From assembly GCA_002269645.1 (NCBI GenBank), contig NIVC01002720.1, positions 1-64,000 of the forward strand: a stretch of 64,000 nt of DNA. Direction: 5' to 3'. This document shows positions 41,701-54,018 of the stretch, one piece after another. Position 1 is the stretch's first letter; each line of letters starts with the position of its first letter. Origin of the DNA: Macrostomum lignano (taxonomy: Eukaryota). The position numbers were made by a program, and so were the translations under genes. The notes below the pieces were generated by a model. That model saw only the letters and a program-made list of their open reading frames with translations, did not search any database and was not told the DNA's origin.

Positions 41701-44700
41701 AATTCCCAAATATCCCGCCTAAAAATCCCGATAAATCAAGGAAATCCCCAATATCCCGCCTACAAATCCCTAAAATCAAGAAAGCCCTCATTATGTCGCT
41801 CGTGCCCCATCTCCCACACTGCTCAGGTGCTCCCAGAGGACGGCACATTTCCATCCAAGGAGTCGTTCCTGTGCTCCAGTCTGGTCCGCCGGGTGCGCAC
41901 CCGCCTGTACACGCACCAGCCAGGCTCCGCCGATCCCTACTCAGCTGAGCTGGCTGTGTCTCCCATTGTGTCAGCTTCCGCCTCGTCAGCTGGCGGCCAA
42001 CTCTGGCTTCGTCAGTTGCAGCAGCAGCAGCAGTCGCTGGCGCATCGGCATCGAAAGCTGCCGCTGCCAGGCCAAAGGAGGCGCTCCTTGAGCTCTCCCG
42101 CTCTGCTAGACGTGGAGCTGGCATCGCAGGAGCAGCAAAATCATAATCAGCAGCAGCAGCAGCGGCAGATTCGATTTAGTGGTAAAGAGAACAAAAAAGC
42201 AGCTGCTGACGTGGACGATGGGAGAGCGCAGCCTTCTAATAAATCCAATGAAAGCGACAGAGCAACGGAGCAGGTGCAGAACTTTTTTTGCAGGATATTT
42301 TTTAAACACAGCGAATTCCTTTCTCAGCCTCTGGCTAATCTCCTCAAGGATCTGTAAAAAAAAATCTCACTGAGAATCTCCACCCACCAATACCCCGAAT
42401 CTCACGCACCAATACCCAGATAATCTCACCCAGCCAGCACCCAGAGAATCTCACCCAACCAGCACCCAGAGAATCTCACCCAACCTGCACCCAGAGAATC
42501 TCACCCAGCCAGCACTCAGAGAATCTCACCCAGCCAGCACCCAGAGAATCTCACCCAACCAGCACCCAGAGAATCTCACCCAACCAGCACCCAGAGAATC
42601 TCACCCAGCCAGCACCCAGAGAATCTCACCCAGCCAGCACCCAGAGAATCTCACCCAGCCAGCACCCAGAGAATCTCACCCAGCCAGCACCCAGAGAATC
42701 TCACCCAGCCAGCACCCAGAGAATCTCACCCAACCAGCACCCAGAGAATCTCACCCAGCCAGCACCCAGAGAATCTCACCCAACCAGCACCCAGAGAATC
42801 TCACCCAGCCAGGACCCAGAGAATCTCACCCAACCAGCACCCAGAGAATCTCACCCAACCAGCACCCAGAGAATCTCACCCAACCAGCACCCAGAGAATC
42901 TCACCCAACCGCGCCCAAGTCAGCACAGCCAGGTGTTGGACACAGCTCACTCAGCTGCCCCATCCAAATTCAGTCAACAGACTGCGGTGCCAGCAGCAAC
43001 GGCCTGCAGCTCCGGCCGCCCCCAGCGGTGCTCAGCCGGGACAGCCAGTCGTACGCCGAGCTGTTCCTGTCCGCCCTGCCCATGTTCCCCTTGGCCAAGT
43101 GTCCGGAGTGCGGCCACGTGTCCGCCGGGCCGCACTTGTACTGCCAGCCGGCGGCCGCCTGCAGTCAGCCGCTGCCGCAGTGCCTCAGCCTGGCTCCAGC
43201 CGATCTCCTTGACGCCGCCGTCATCTGCTCGGCCGAGCTGCATCAATTATTTCTTGAGCAGCGGCAGATAAAGCAGAATACTGGTAAAGCCGCTGAGCCA
43301 AGCAAATTGGAGCAGCAACTGCGCGCCCAGCTGCTGCAATCCCGCTGTCTGCTGATGTACGAGCGCCACCGCCGGGAGCTGCACGCCCAGCGGAACCGCC
43401 GCCTCCTGGCCCGCCTGGTCCGGCTGCGCAGTCTGGAGGCCGAAGCCGAGGACGCCAGGCGTCTCGGCAGGTCGAAAATTCTTCAACGAGTCGACGAACT
43501 TGAGAGCTGCCTGTTGAACGAGCGCGCCGAGTGGCAGCGGGAGCGAGCCGAACTGCTCGAACAGGCCGAGTCCGCCCGCCGACTCGCCGACGAACGGGCG
43601 CGAGAAGCGGCGGCCTCAAAGGACAAGGCCCGCTCGGCTGCCGACCTCTGCCAGGACCTGCGCCGCCTGCTTGAGGAAGAGCGGAATCAGCGGATGCGAG
43701 CTCAGGCCCGGCTGGAGAATGCGGAGTTGGAACTGCTGGCCTGCAAGTCTGATGGAGAGGTTCGGCCCTTTGCTATTGGCTATCACCTGCGATTGCCCCC
43801 TTCACCAACCCTGATTGCCCCCTTCACCAACCCGATTGCCCCCTTCACCAACCCCGATTGCCCCTTCACCAACCCTGATTGCCCCCTTCACCAACCCCGA
43901 TTGCCCCCTTCACCAACCCGATTGCCCCCTTCACCAACCCCGATTGCCCCCTTCACCAACCCTGATTGCCCCGTTCACCAACCCCGATTGCCCCCTTCAC
44001 CAACCCTGATTGCCCCCTTCACCAACCCCGATTGCCCCCTTCACCAATCCTGATTTCCCCAATCAGCAACCTCAATTGCCCTAATAACCAACCCCAATTG
44101 CCCCAATCAACAACCCCAATTGCCGCAATCACCAACCCAATTGCCCCAATCACCAACCATAATTGCCCCAATCACCAACCCCAATTGTCCCCTTCACCAA
44201 CCCCGATTGCCGCCTTCACCAACCCCGATTGCCCCCTTCACCAACCCTGATTGCCCTCTTCACCAACCCTGATTGCCCCCTTCACCAACCCCGATTGCCC
44301 CCTTCACCAATCCTGATTGCCCCAGTCAGCAACCTCAATTGCCCTAATAACCAACCCCAATTGCCCCAATCAACAACCCCAATTGCCGCAATCACCAACC
44401 CCAATTGCTCCAATCACCAACCATAATTGCCCCAATCACCAACCCCAATTGTCCCCTTCACCAACCCCGATTGCCGCCTTCACCAACCCCGATTGCCGCC
44501 TTCACCAACCCCGATTGCCCCCTTCACCAACCCTGATTGCCCCCTTCACCAACCCTGATTGCCCCCTTCACCAACCCCGATTGCCCCCTTCACCAACCCC
44601 AATTGCCCCCTTCACCAACCCCGATTGCCCCCTTCACCAACCCCGATTGCCCCCTTCACCAATCCTGATTTCCCCAATCAGCAACCTCAATTGCCCTAAT

Positions 44701-46098
44701 AACCAACCCCAATTGCCCCAATCAACAACCCCAATTGCCGCAATCACCAACCCCAATTGCCCCAATCACCAACCATAATTGCCCCAATCACCAACCCCAA
44801 TTGTCCCCTTCACCAACCCCGATTGCCGCCTTCACCAACCCCGATTGCCCCCTTCACCAACCCTGATTGCCCTCTTCACCAACCCTGATTGCCCCCTTCA
44901 CCAACCCCGATTGCCCCCTTCACCAATCCTGATTGCCCCAGTCAGCAACCTCAATTGCCCTAATAACCAACCCCAATTGCCCCAATCAACAACCCCAATT
45001 GCCGCAATCACCAACCCCAATTGCTCCAATCACCAACCATAATTGCCCCAATCACCAACCCCAATTGTCCCCTTCACCAACCCGATTGCCGCCTTCACCA
45101 ACCCCGATTGCCGCCTTCACCAACCCGATTGCCCCCTTCACCAACCCTGATTGCCCCCTTCACCAACCCTGATTGCCCCCTTCACCAACCCCGATTGCCC
45201 CCTTCACCAACCCCAATTGCCCCCTTCACCAACCCCGATTGCCCCCTTCACCAACCCCGATTGCCCCCTTCACCAACCATAATTGCCCCAATCACCAACC
45301 CCAATTGCCCCAATCACCAACCCCAATTATCCCAATCAACAACCTCAATCACCAACCCCAATTGTCCCCTTCACCAACCCCAATTATCCCAATCAACAAC
45401 CTCAATCACCAACCCCAATTGTCCCCTTCACCAACCCCAATTGCCCCAATCACCAACCCCAATTATCCCAATCACCAACCTCAATCACCAACCCCAATTG
45501 CCCCAATCACCAACCCCAATTATCCCAATCACCAACCTCAATCACCAACCCCAATTGTCCCCTTCACCAATCTCAATCACCAACCCCAATCACCTACCCG
45601 TCACCCAACTAATCTCCATCACCCGGATCTGCCGCCACTCAGACGGCCCAGGCCGCCGGCCGCCAGCTGCAGGAGGCGCAGCGCAGGCTGCTTGTCCTCG
45701 GCGACCTCCTCGCCAAGTCGGAGACCAGCCTGCGTCAGCGAGATGCCCAACTTGACGAGCTTCGATTTCTTCGCTTGCACGCCGAACGACTTGAAAAGCG
45801 TTCAATTACTATGGAAACGGAGCTAGATCAGCTTCATCAATTATTAGGCTCCAATCCTAGGTCACCGGACCCGCAGCCTCTTGTCGACGACAGTTTAACG
45901 CAGCAGGCAGCAATCGCGACCGCCGACGCTACGGAGGAGTTGGCTCAGCTGAGGCGGGAGAACGCCGAGCTGAAGCGGAGGCTGGCCCAGCGGGACCTTG
46001 ACGCCGACTTGCTGGCGGTCAGTCGCATCGCCGGGCCGGCCGCCTCTGACTGCAGCTGCTGCCCCTTGGTGCGCATGACCAACTCGCTGACTGGCTAG
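38712..46098 (+). CDS. TSC1: Hamartin; exons 38712-38817, 38906-39012, 39946-40854, 41827-42273, ~42974-43759, 45643-46098 (3' end uncertain)
   Basis: LVCALVDDYI..EDPLDK|DLSDRI; LHLHATVYALFNRLYAIFP; RVRAHPLLVAGTKDAEL..RW; coiled coil LLMYERHRRELHAQRNRRLL; QRRLLVLGDL; splice phases consistent as read. Confidence 0.92.
41083..41265. mobile_element. Small MITE-like element in TSC1 intron 3
   Basis: GTGGTTTCAGAGTCGT (~41092) and ACGACTCTGAAACCAC (~41238) are perfect inverted repeats. Confidence 0.5.
41385..41770. repeat. ~31 bp minisatellite (AAATCAGGGAAATCCCAAATATCCCGCCTAT), TSC1 intron 3
   Basis: Direct reading. Confidence 0.95.
42410..42915. repeat. ~25 bp minisatellite (CCAGAGAATCTCACCCAGCCAGCAC), TSC1 intron 4
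   Basis: Direct reading. Confidence 0.95.
43790..45610. repeat. C-rich compound minisatellite (ATTGCCCCCTTCACCAACCCCG) with higher-order duplication, TSC1 intron 5
   Basis: Direct reading; blocks 44163-44426 and 44779-45042 give identical translations in the ORF track. Confidence 0.95.
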
Positions 46099-47463
46099 CT
46101 CAGGATCACATGTGATTTGACAGAATCGCTCAGGATCACATGTGATTTGACAGAATCGCTCAGGATCACATGTGATTTGACAGAATCGCTCAGGATCACA
46201 TGTGATTTGACAGAATCGCTCAGGATCACATGTGATTTGACAGAATCGCTCAGGATCACATGTGATTTGACAGAATCGCTCAGGATCACATGTGATTTGA
46301 CAGAATCGCTCAGGATCACATGTGATTTGACAGAATCGCTCAGGTTCACATGTAATTTGACAGAATCGCTCAGGATCACATGTGATTTGACAGAATCGCT
46401 CAGGATCACATGTGATTTGACAGAATCGCTCAGGATCACATGTAATTTGACAGAATCGCTCAGGATCACATGTGATTTGACAGAATCGCTCAGGATCACA
46501 TGTGATTTGACAGAATCGCTCAGGATCACATGTGATTTGACAGAATCGCTCAGGATCACATGTGATTTGACAGAATCGCTCAGGATCACATGTGATTTGA
46601 CAGAATCGCTCAGGATCACATGTGATTTGACAGAATCGCTCAGGATCACATGTGATTTGACAGAATCGCTCAGGATCACATGTGATTTGACAGAATCGCT
46701 CAGGATCACATGTGATTTGACAGAATCGCTCAGGATCACATGTGATTTGACAGAATCGCTCAGGATCACATGTGATTTGACAGAATCGCTCAGGATCACG
46801 TGTGATTTAACAGAATCGCTCAGGATCACATGTGATTTGACAGAATCGCTCAGGATCACGTGTAATTTGACAGAATCGCTCAGGATCACGTGTAATTTGA
46901 CAGAATCGCTCAGGATCACATGTGATTTGACAGAATCGCTCAGGATCACATGTAATTTGACAGAATCGCTCAGGATCACATGTGATTTGACAGAATCGCT
47001 CAGGATCACATGTGATTTGACAGAATCGCTCAGGATCACATGTGATTTGACAGAATCGCTCAGGATCACATGTGATTTGACAGAATCGCTCAGGATCACA
47101 TGTGATTTGACAGAATCGCTCAGGATCACATGTGATTTGACAGAATCGCTCAGGATCACATGTGATTTGACAGAATCGCTCAGGTTCACATGTAATTTGA
47201 CAGAATCGCTCAGGATCACATGTGATTTGACAGAATCGCTCAGGATCACATGTGATTTGACAGAATCGCTCAGGTTCACATGTAATTTGACAGAATCGCT
47301 CAGGATCACATGTGATTTGACAGAATCGCTCAGGTTCACATGTAATTTGACAGAATCGCTCAGGATCACATGTGATTTGACAGAATCGCTCAGGATCACA
47401 TGTGATTTGACAGAATCGCTCAGGTTCACATGTAATTTGACAGAATCGCTCAGGATCACGTGT
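46099..47463. repeat. Near-perfect 30-bp minisatellite (CTCAGGATCACATGTGATTTGACAGAATCG), ~45 copies
   Basis: Direct reading; 10-aa periodic spurious ORFs on both strands. Confidence 0.97.
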
Positions 47464-48377
47464 GAGTCCTGTAATTTCCTTGCAAATAACCTGTGCCTTT
47501 TCTTATCCGGTTGTCTCTAATTGTCTTTCCAAACAGCTCCATACATCGTTTGAACTGGTCATAAAATTCTTACTGACTACTCCCTCTTCTACTACTGTTA
47601 GTAGGTAGCTTCGATTTCTGTTAGTGCACAACACCTATGCTTAGCTTGAATTTGCATGAAGGCATAACGTGTGTGCTTTTCTAGACACGAAAATATCGTT
47701 GGTTATCAGCATCCTAAATAAGTAATTTCCCAGTCTGACTTATTATGCTATATTGATTTGCATTGTAGTAACTTTCATTGTTACTAATACATTTATTTAT
47801 TTATTATTATTGCCGTCTACATTCCTTACATCTGGTATTCTTAATATGTATGATTTATTCATTCTTGAACAGATTGTAAATAAAAAATAATCTATGACTA
47901 TTTTATTATATATGCCGCACTGTCATTCATTTAGATCCATTCTATTTTCTTGAAAGAAACTGTTTTTATTTTTTGTTATTTTTATCGGAATTTTCTACTT
48001 ATAGTAGAACTATTTAGAAGATTAAGATTTAAAATTCTTCACTTGAAAGTCGGAGGCTGGAGCAAATCTAGTTAAAAACAAGGAAATAGTCTTTTTTTAG
48101 CATAGAACGATGGAAGCAAAGGTTAATATAAAAAAAATCAAAGCAAACTTTGTATTCGTTTATTGACGTTGACGATATAATTGTAATACGGCAATTCGTG
48201 GACTTGCATGATCTTCAAATCACTCTTAAACCTGATTATGATTTACTACACACATTTTGTACAGCTATTCATTCAGTTTTGGCTGAAATACAATTACAAG
48301 ACAGCAAGATTCGTTCAAGTATAGTGGGCTATGTTAAATCAGGTTTATTTATGTCGTTGAGCGTCTCATAGTTCGTC

Positions 48378-48449
48378 GGCCAAGTGGTCTAGGGGTATGA
48401 TTCTCGCTTCGGGTGCGAGAGGTCCCGGGTTCGAATCCCGGCTTGGCCC
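48378..48449 (+). tRNA. tRNA-Pro, anticodon CGG
   Basis: GGCCAAG/CTTGGCC acceptor stem; D-loop TGGTCTAGGGGTATGA; anticodon arm CTCGC-TTCGGGT-GCGAG; T arm CCGGG-TTCGAAT-CCCGG; T6 Pol III terminator at ~48455. Confidence 0.95.
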
Positions 48450-49547
48450 CCATCTTTTTTCTGATCCTCAACTTCACTTACTTTGGAAACTCGCTGAGTA
48501 CTTTTACCTATCTTAGGCCGTATAATATTTTACAACTCCTTAAGTTAGTTAATTTGCAATGTACATTGTCATTATTTATTTAATTTTTTTTCGACTCGTA
48601 CAAAAAATTAATTTATTTAGCTAATCAACAAACTGGTTGCGTCTTTTTGAAAATAATAATGGTTTGCTTTCAATTACAGAAAATATTAAATTAGACTTTA
48701 TAATCATATTGATTTAGTTATAAATTGTATCAAAACATCCCCGATATGTATCGAAAAATTCATTTTTGGGTTAATCAATTTATATTATTTAATTTATTTA
48801 AAAATAATTTCGAAATTACGACTTTTAATTGATTAAAATCCAAAACTCTATCCTGTTAATGGTCGTGATACTCAAACCATTCTAAAACCATATTTAAACA
48901 TTACATACCATGTTTTAGGTTAGGCACTGACTTTATTTTAGAGTAATTTTAGGTTGAAGCGGAAATATTTTAAACTACTTACAGTAGTTGAACTACTTCA
49001 TCTGAAATTTTCAAAACTGCCATTAAATTACAGGCATAAAATCATGGGAAATCAAGAGTAAGGTAAATGCTACAAAAATCAATGTACAAAACTCAATTAA
49101 TGTACACTTACCATTAAAGCAATGGAAGTGAAACGAGTGTGAATGCATGGTCCTGATCAAGCCCTTTCAACGCGTATAATGGTAATAATTTAGCCACACT
49201 GGAAGCCACCCTTTTTTAATACACAAACAGTACTGTGTCGCTTATGCCCCCGTTGAGCCGCCACTGCCCCCTTATACACGTACGTATCACTTTGCTACGA
49301 GTACTATTTTTTCAAAATAGTATCGATTTTTTACTTTACGTTTATTGCCTACTCGCGCGGGCAAGTGCAAGCATACTTTGCCCAGCCCAACCGCAAGCCA
49401 CACGGCAATTCACTCTGTTTTTCTAATTATTAAAAGTGTGTGCCATTTTCAAATGAAGAATAACACACACGCACACGCTTAAAAGCTTAAAGTTGTCGAC
49501 TCCTACAAAGATAAAACTCCTTAAAGCTGTCAGACAAATGTTCGATA

Positions 49548-51836
49548 ATGCGACTTCCTCAGTACCACAATCAGCAATTGTTGCAGCAACAACTGCAGCA
49601 GCAGCAACACCAACACAGTTGGCGCACCCGCCGATTAATGATCTGTCTAGGCGCCTGCATCCTGCTGCTGTCCTATCCTCACCTGGTCTACAGACTCAGT
49701 CTCACTCGCCTGTGCTCAGCCTCCTGCTTAGCCAGCCGCCTGTACGCCCAGTTCCAGCACCCCGGCCTGCAGCAACGGTTGGATTGTCGCCGACCAGCCG
49801 ACTCGGACCGGCTGCTTCACGGTTTCGGCCTTCAGCCAGCTGACCTGCTGGACCTGACCAGGCCGGCCTACATCTGGCTGGCTGACCCCGGCATCAGGCC
49901 GACCATTGACCTTGCTGGTGTTGCCTGTCTGCAGACCGAGGCCACGCCAACAGAAAAAGACCGCGGTGGCCGGCCGGTGGCTCGGGACTCGTGCTTTAAC
50001 ATGTCCTACTCCATGGAGGATAAGATGAAGGTCTGGGCAAATTTTTTTAGGCCTTCTAAAAGATCGTCCTTAATTTCATCGCTCATCATCAAGTCAATGA
50101 AGACCGGATAGGGTTTTTAGCGAACACTCAAATCCGTGCTGATATTCTTTGTTAGCCTTAGTCAGATGCTTGAATCTTCATGCTGACATCCCAATTGTTA
50201 GCCTCAGTCAGATGCTTGAATCTTCATGCTGACATCCCTTGTTAGCCTCAGTCAGATGCTTGAATCTTCATGCTGACATCCCAATTGTTAGCCTCAGTCA
50301 GATGCGCGACGCAGAGTTGGGCTGGGTGAGGAGGGATTGGGAAGAGCGGAGGGCGAAGATTGGATGGATTGAAGCTTCCGCCCGGTTTTGTTTGCTTTTT
50401 TCAAGCATTTTTTAATATCACAATGGTTGGCCAGGTGATAGACGCTGGTCGAAAGACACTGCTCACTGGGGCACAGGGAGGCGACTTTTCAATGTTGCTG
50501 AGTATAAATTTCAATGTTGCTGAGTATAAAGTAATACTCGCTAAATAGCTAATTATTTCCCTGACGATTCGATCAAGGTGTACTCAGCGCTGCACCAGCT
50601 GGAGCGGAACTTCACCCGGCGCGGCCTGGAGATTTTCCTATTGGACGGCAGCCTGCTGGGCTCGCGCCGTCACTTCGGCATCATCCCGTGGGACGACGAC
50701 ATCGATTTTATGGTGCTGCGCGAGCAGAAGTTCGAACTGCGCCAGCTCCTTATTGAGCTGTCCCACGAGGATCAGTTCAGATTCGACGATGTTGAGAGCG
50801 TCACCGGGCATTGGCGGCTGAGTCTGCTGTGTGAGGTGTGCAGTATCATTGACCAGTCCTATTCTAGTATAGATCAGTAGCTAGTCCTGTTCTAGTATAG
50901 ATCAGTAGCTAGTCCTGTTCTAGTATAGATCAGTAGCTAGTCCTGTTCTGGTATAGATCAGTAGCTAGTCCTGTTCTAGTATAGATCAGTAGCTAGTCCT
51001 GTTCTAGTATAGATCAGTAGCTAGTCCTGTTCTAGTATAGATCAGTAGCTAGTCCTGTTCTAGTATAGATCAGTAGCTAGTCCTGTTCTGGTATAGATCA
51101 GTAGCTAGTCCTGTTCTAGTATGGACCAGTAGCTAGTCCTGTTCTAGTATGGACCAGTAGCTAGTCCTGTTCTAGTATGGACCAGTAGCTAGTCCTGTTC
51201 TAGTATAGATCAGTAGCTAGTCCTGTTCTAGTATGGACCAGTAGCTAGTCCTGTTCTAGTATAGACCAGTAGCTAGTCCTGTTCGAGACAAACTGAACAA
51301 CAATTAAGAAGTCAGCCGCAATAAAAACATAGACTCGTACTGATCTGCCTACTGACAGTAGAAATAGCAGTTCGATTCTGCAAACCGCAACCCAGGCGGA
51401 CCGCAGCAAACCGGTGCAGCCTCGGTACGGCATGAGCCGTCGATTCCCAGTCAAGTCGTGTAAAATCGCAGCCGACCTGTTCTTCGCCGAGATCTACGGC
51501 GACGAGGTGCTCAGAGTGGAGATGCCCTACCGCCTCAGCAAGCGGGATATTTATCCCATTCAAATGCTGCCGTTCGGTCCAGGCCTGATGCGGGCCCCGG
51601 CTAATCCGCAGGGATTACTGGAGGCCGAGTACGGCCGGGACTTCGAGTTCAGCTGCTTCTTTGAGCCGCACTCGGCTGATCTTCGGTGCGAGGAGAAATT
51701 TCTGCCCTGCGAAAAGCTTAGCAGGATTTATCCTTTTGTGCGGCACGTTGTGCTTCAGAAAAGTGGACGGAGCTTCTTTGCTGATGTTCTGGTGTGGCAG
51801 GGCAAAGCTGTGGCCATCTTCCTGCCGGCTCAGTGA
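49548..51836 (+). CDS. LicD-family (fukutin/FKRP-related) nucleotidyltransferase-fold type II membrane protein, paralog 1; exons 49548-50030, 50578-50835, ~51396-51836
   Basis: N-terminal TM; GSLLGSRRHFGIIPWDDDIDF; C-terminal IYPIQMLPFG..RAPANPQGLLEAEYG; both introns phase 0; aligns with paralog 2. Confidence 0.88.
50150..50305. repeat. ~50 bp repeat x3 (TTGTTAGCCTCAGTCAGATGCTTGAATCTTCATGCTGACATCCC) in LicD1 intron 1
   Basis: Direct reading. Confidence 0.9.
50855..51285. repeat. 28-bp minisatellite (CTAGTCCTGTTCTAGTATAGATCAGTAG) in LicD1 intron 2
   Basis: Direct reading. Confidence 0.95.
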
Positions 51837-52648
51837 CTGCTGCACTGCCTGAGGGTCAGTCAGGATGGTGGTGGCTCAGTGACTGCTGCACTGCCTGAGG
51901 GTCAGTCAGGATGGTGGTGGCTCAGTGACTGCTGCACTGACTGAGGGTCAGTCAGGATGGTGATGGCTCGGTGACTGCTGCACTGCCTGAGGGTCAGTCA
52001 GGATGGTGGTGGCTCAGTGACTGCTGCACTGACTGAGGGTCAGTCAGGATGGTGATGGCTCAGTGACTGCTGCACTGTCTGAGGGTCAGTCAGGATGGTG
52101 GTGGCTCAGTGACTGCTGCACTGCATGAGGGTCAGTCAGGATGGTGGTGGCTCAGTGATTGCTGCACTGCCTGAGGGTCAGTCAGGATGGTGGTGGCTCA
52201 GTGACTGCTGCACTGCCTGAGGGTCAGTCAGGATGGTGGTGGCTCAGTGACTGCTGCACTGCATGAGGGTCAGTCAGGATGGTGGTGGCTCAGTGATTGC
52301 TGCACTGCCTGAGGGTCAGTCAGGATGGTGGTGGCTCAGTGACTGCTGCACTGCATGAGGGTCAGTCAGGATGGTGGTGGCTCAGTGACTGCTGCACTGC
52401 ATGAGGGTCAGTCAGGATGGTGGTGGCTCAGTGATTGCTGCACTGCCTGAGGGTCAGTCAGGATGGTGGTGGCTCAGTGACTGCTGCACTGCCTGAGGGT
52501 CAGTCAGGATGGTGATGGCTCAATGACTGCTGCACTGCCTGAGGGTCAGTCAGGATGGTGATGGCTCAATGACTGCTGCACTGCCTGAGGGTCAGTCAGG
52601 ATGGTGATGGCTCGGTGACTGCTGCACTGCCTGAGGGTCAGTCAGGAT
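51828..52648. repeat. 46-bp minisatellite beginning at the LicD1 stop codon (GCTCAGTGACTGCTGCACTGCCTGAGGGTCAGTCAGGATGGTGGTG)
   Basis: Direct reading; first unit overlaps GCT CAG TGA. Confidence 0.95.
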
Positions 52649-53119
52649 TTCTGATGCGTTTTCGTTTTCAATATCTCGTAAAATTTCTGACTTCCTTGTT
52701 GTCTGCATTCAATGCTATTCAGTATTTTATCCAGTAGTTTATCCAGGTTTCTAAGAAAACCCTGTTTCTAAAATTTCAACCCAGTTTGCTAAATTCTGTA
52801 CGCTAATTAAAAGTTTATGCTGATACAATTCAGTAATTTTATACATCCAACACAAGTTAAATGTGCGAAAGCGATAAAATATTCTCAGTTTCACTTAAAT
52901 CAAAGTATTTTTTAATTCTGCGTAGTTACGGACCTGCTAATTTGATTGATCAGCCGAAGATTATTGATTTTGTACGGAGTAGTATTCAAGAGTATTCAAG
53001 GAATATAGTGCATGTGCAATACAACATATTACTACTGTATGCTATGCAGGGCCTGCGCAGCATCTGGTAACATTGAATGGACTGCTAAAACATAGTTTAG
53101 ATTATTACTTATTCCTATA

Positions 53120-53485
53120 GACTGCTGATGGCTTCAGGCTCTCACTGTCTCAGTGCTGATGGCTTCAGGCTCTCACTGTCTCAGTGCTGATGGCTTCAGG
53201 CTCTCACTGTCTCACTGCTGATGGCTTCAGGCTCTCACTGACTCACTGCTGATGGCTTCAGGCTCTCGCTGCCTCACTACTGATGGATTCAGGCTCTCAC
53301 TGTCTCACTACTGATGGCTTCAGGCTCTCACTGTCTCACTACTGATGGCTTCAGGCTCTCACTGTCTCACTACTGATGGCTTCAGGCTCTCACTGTCTCA
53401 CTACTGATGGCTTCAGGCTCTCACTGTCTCACTACTGATGGCTTCAGGCTCTCACTGTCTCACTACTGATGGCTTCAGGCTTTCG
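53120..53485. repeat. ~31 bp minisatellite (CTGATGGCTTCAGGCTCTCACTGTCTCACTA)
   Basis: Direct reading. Confidence 0.95.
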
Positions 53486-54018
53486 CTGAAACGCTGCATT
53501 TGATGCAAAAACCAAGTCAGTCCCGAAGCTCCGCTTCCCCAATCCGCACAGTCTGCAAAGTGGAAAGAAAAGTCAGTGGGGGAACGAAGCATTCCTGGTC
53601 CAGGCGGCCGAATTCCCCTCCACTGCAAAGCGAAGGAAGAACCCCAGCCGAGGATGCTGGAAACTGGTCCCCCAACCTCCTCCTCTCAATCCCGAACTTG
53701 CACACTAGCCTGTACAGCTTGCACAGTCTGCTGTACGCTTGGCACTCGATTCGCAAAACTGGAGAAGGGTGGCGATGCTTCCTGTGACTGCAACAGGCTG
53801 CACGCGAACTGGCCCTGCTGAGTGGCTCTACTGACATGTTTGGAATGTAGCCATCTGATCTGAAACCGTTTCGTATTTGTTGACGCGAGGGTTTAAGAGA
53901 GAGAGAGAGAGAGTGTGCGGCGAACAGAAATGCCCGAGATTTGTGGTTCGACATTTGAGCCTGCAAGCCACAGCCTTCCAGAGACTACAAGTGAGTCAGC
54001 AGTTTAAAATCTGTGAAA

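Noticed and set aside
43790-45755. Pro/Asn-rich mucin-like ORFs
   Set aside because: Lie inside TSC1 intron 5, between clear in-phase donor and acceptor sites
46099-47463. Array of CACATG E-boxes as a TFEB/MITF feedback element for TSC1
   Set aside because: Lacks the flanking T of the M-box (ACATGTGA, not TCATGTGA); a 6-mer in a repeat unit is expected by chance
46095-47520. 454/467-aa periodic ORFs on both strands
   Set aside because: Products of a stop-free 30-bp repeat; no non-repeat coding context
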